From Catajapyx aquilonaris (lineage: Eukaryota): a stretch of 34,510 bases of DNA. The stretch lies in NCBI GenBank assembly GCA_000934665.2, contig KZ539068.1:1-34510 (forward strand). The letters run 5' to 3'. The stretch's first letter is position 1. Each line of letters begins with the position of its first letter. The notes beneath the pieces were generated by a model that made no database searches, was not told the DNA's origin, and worked only from the letters and a program-made list of their open reading frames with translations. Positions 33,770 through 34,510 of this stretch are shown one piece after another. A program made the translations under genes and the position numbers.

Positions 33770-34362
33770 GGGGCCTAAATGAATATATTGTTTGTAAATT
33801 TTTTTTAAATGATAAGAGCCTGGCGAGTATCATTACCTGAATCTATATACATACCATAATACAGGTTGAGGTAATAATCGCTATTAAGATATGTGTATGG
33901 ATATCATGCTCGATCATTTATCCCACCTCAAAGCCATCACATTTAGGGCCGGTTTCACTGAGCTCGGCATATGATAAAACCAGGTTCCTCCTCCTTCCCC
34001 CGTAGCTGTACAATGGATCTTTCTTCGCCGTTGTGGACTGGGACGTCAGGACAAAGTCCCTGACCACTGGAAGTTCATAAGGTGGGTGAAGCAGTTCTTG
34101 GACACAGCTTCCAGCTGGGGCCATAAAGCACTGGACACAGCGAACCCCTCAATGGAGCTTGGAATGGCCTATCACTGAGGACTTCGAAGTAGCGCATTGC
34201 ATACCCCTTGTACCCATTGAGGGGTCCTATGGATTCAATAGCAATAGAAGTTCCATGGGACAAGATGACATACTGATACGTACTCATGGGCTACTTGTCA
34301 CAATTTTGTTAAATTGCAGCATTTCAAATGTGTAACCTTCACCAGTTTGTAACTTTCCCAAT

Positions 34363-34364
34363 AT

Positions 34365-34407
<43 letters not shown>

Positions 34408-34510
34408 CAAGGTGGTCGGCAACCCCTTTGCAGCGCCGCTACCAGGCAACAGAGGGCGGGCACTTCCCTATGTATTTCTTATGGTACGGCTCTGGCTACT
34501 TCCTGAGCTC
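34363..34510 (-). mobile_element. (TAAA)n tail and 3' end of a retroposon running off the window
   Basis: (ATTT)~11 at 34363-34406 abutting GC-richer sequence. Confidence 0.55.

Overview
Eukaryotic, almost certainly arthropod, genomic DNA: spliceosomal introns, dense transposon litter and one N gap. I read three spliced host-type genes, none fully visible in the ORF track. (1) A plus-strand, 6-exon, about 523-aa type I membrane receptor (10666-25826) with signal peptide, Cys-rich/FnIII-like ectodomain, TM helix and SEFIR-like tail, i.e. IL-17-receptor-like. (2) A divergently transcribed minus-strand BED zinc-finger gene (ATG 7302) that appears to run into a tandem array of five 33-nt phase-1 microexons (435-1777) encoding an 11-aa repeat. 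(3) A 3-exon, 77-aa basic HMG-box, protamine-like gene (32066-31689, minus). The remainder is Tc1/mariner, Tigger, hAT, P-like and Kolobok-like MITEs, truncated LINEs, tRNA-SINEs, and a 4.2-kb long-TIR element carrying nested inserts. Two of those inserts look like structured RNAs, one a candidate HDV-like ribozyme from an RTE-type 5' leader. All gene models and family names come from reading by eye; no searches were run.
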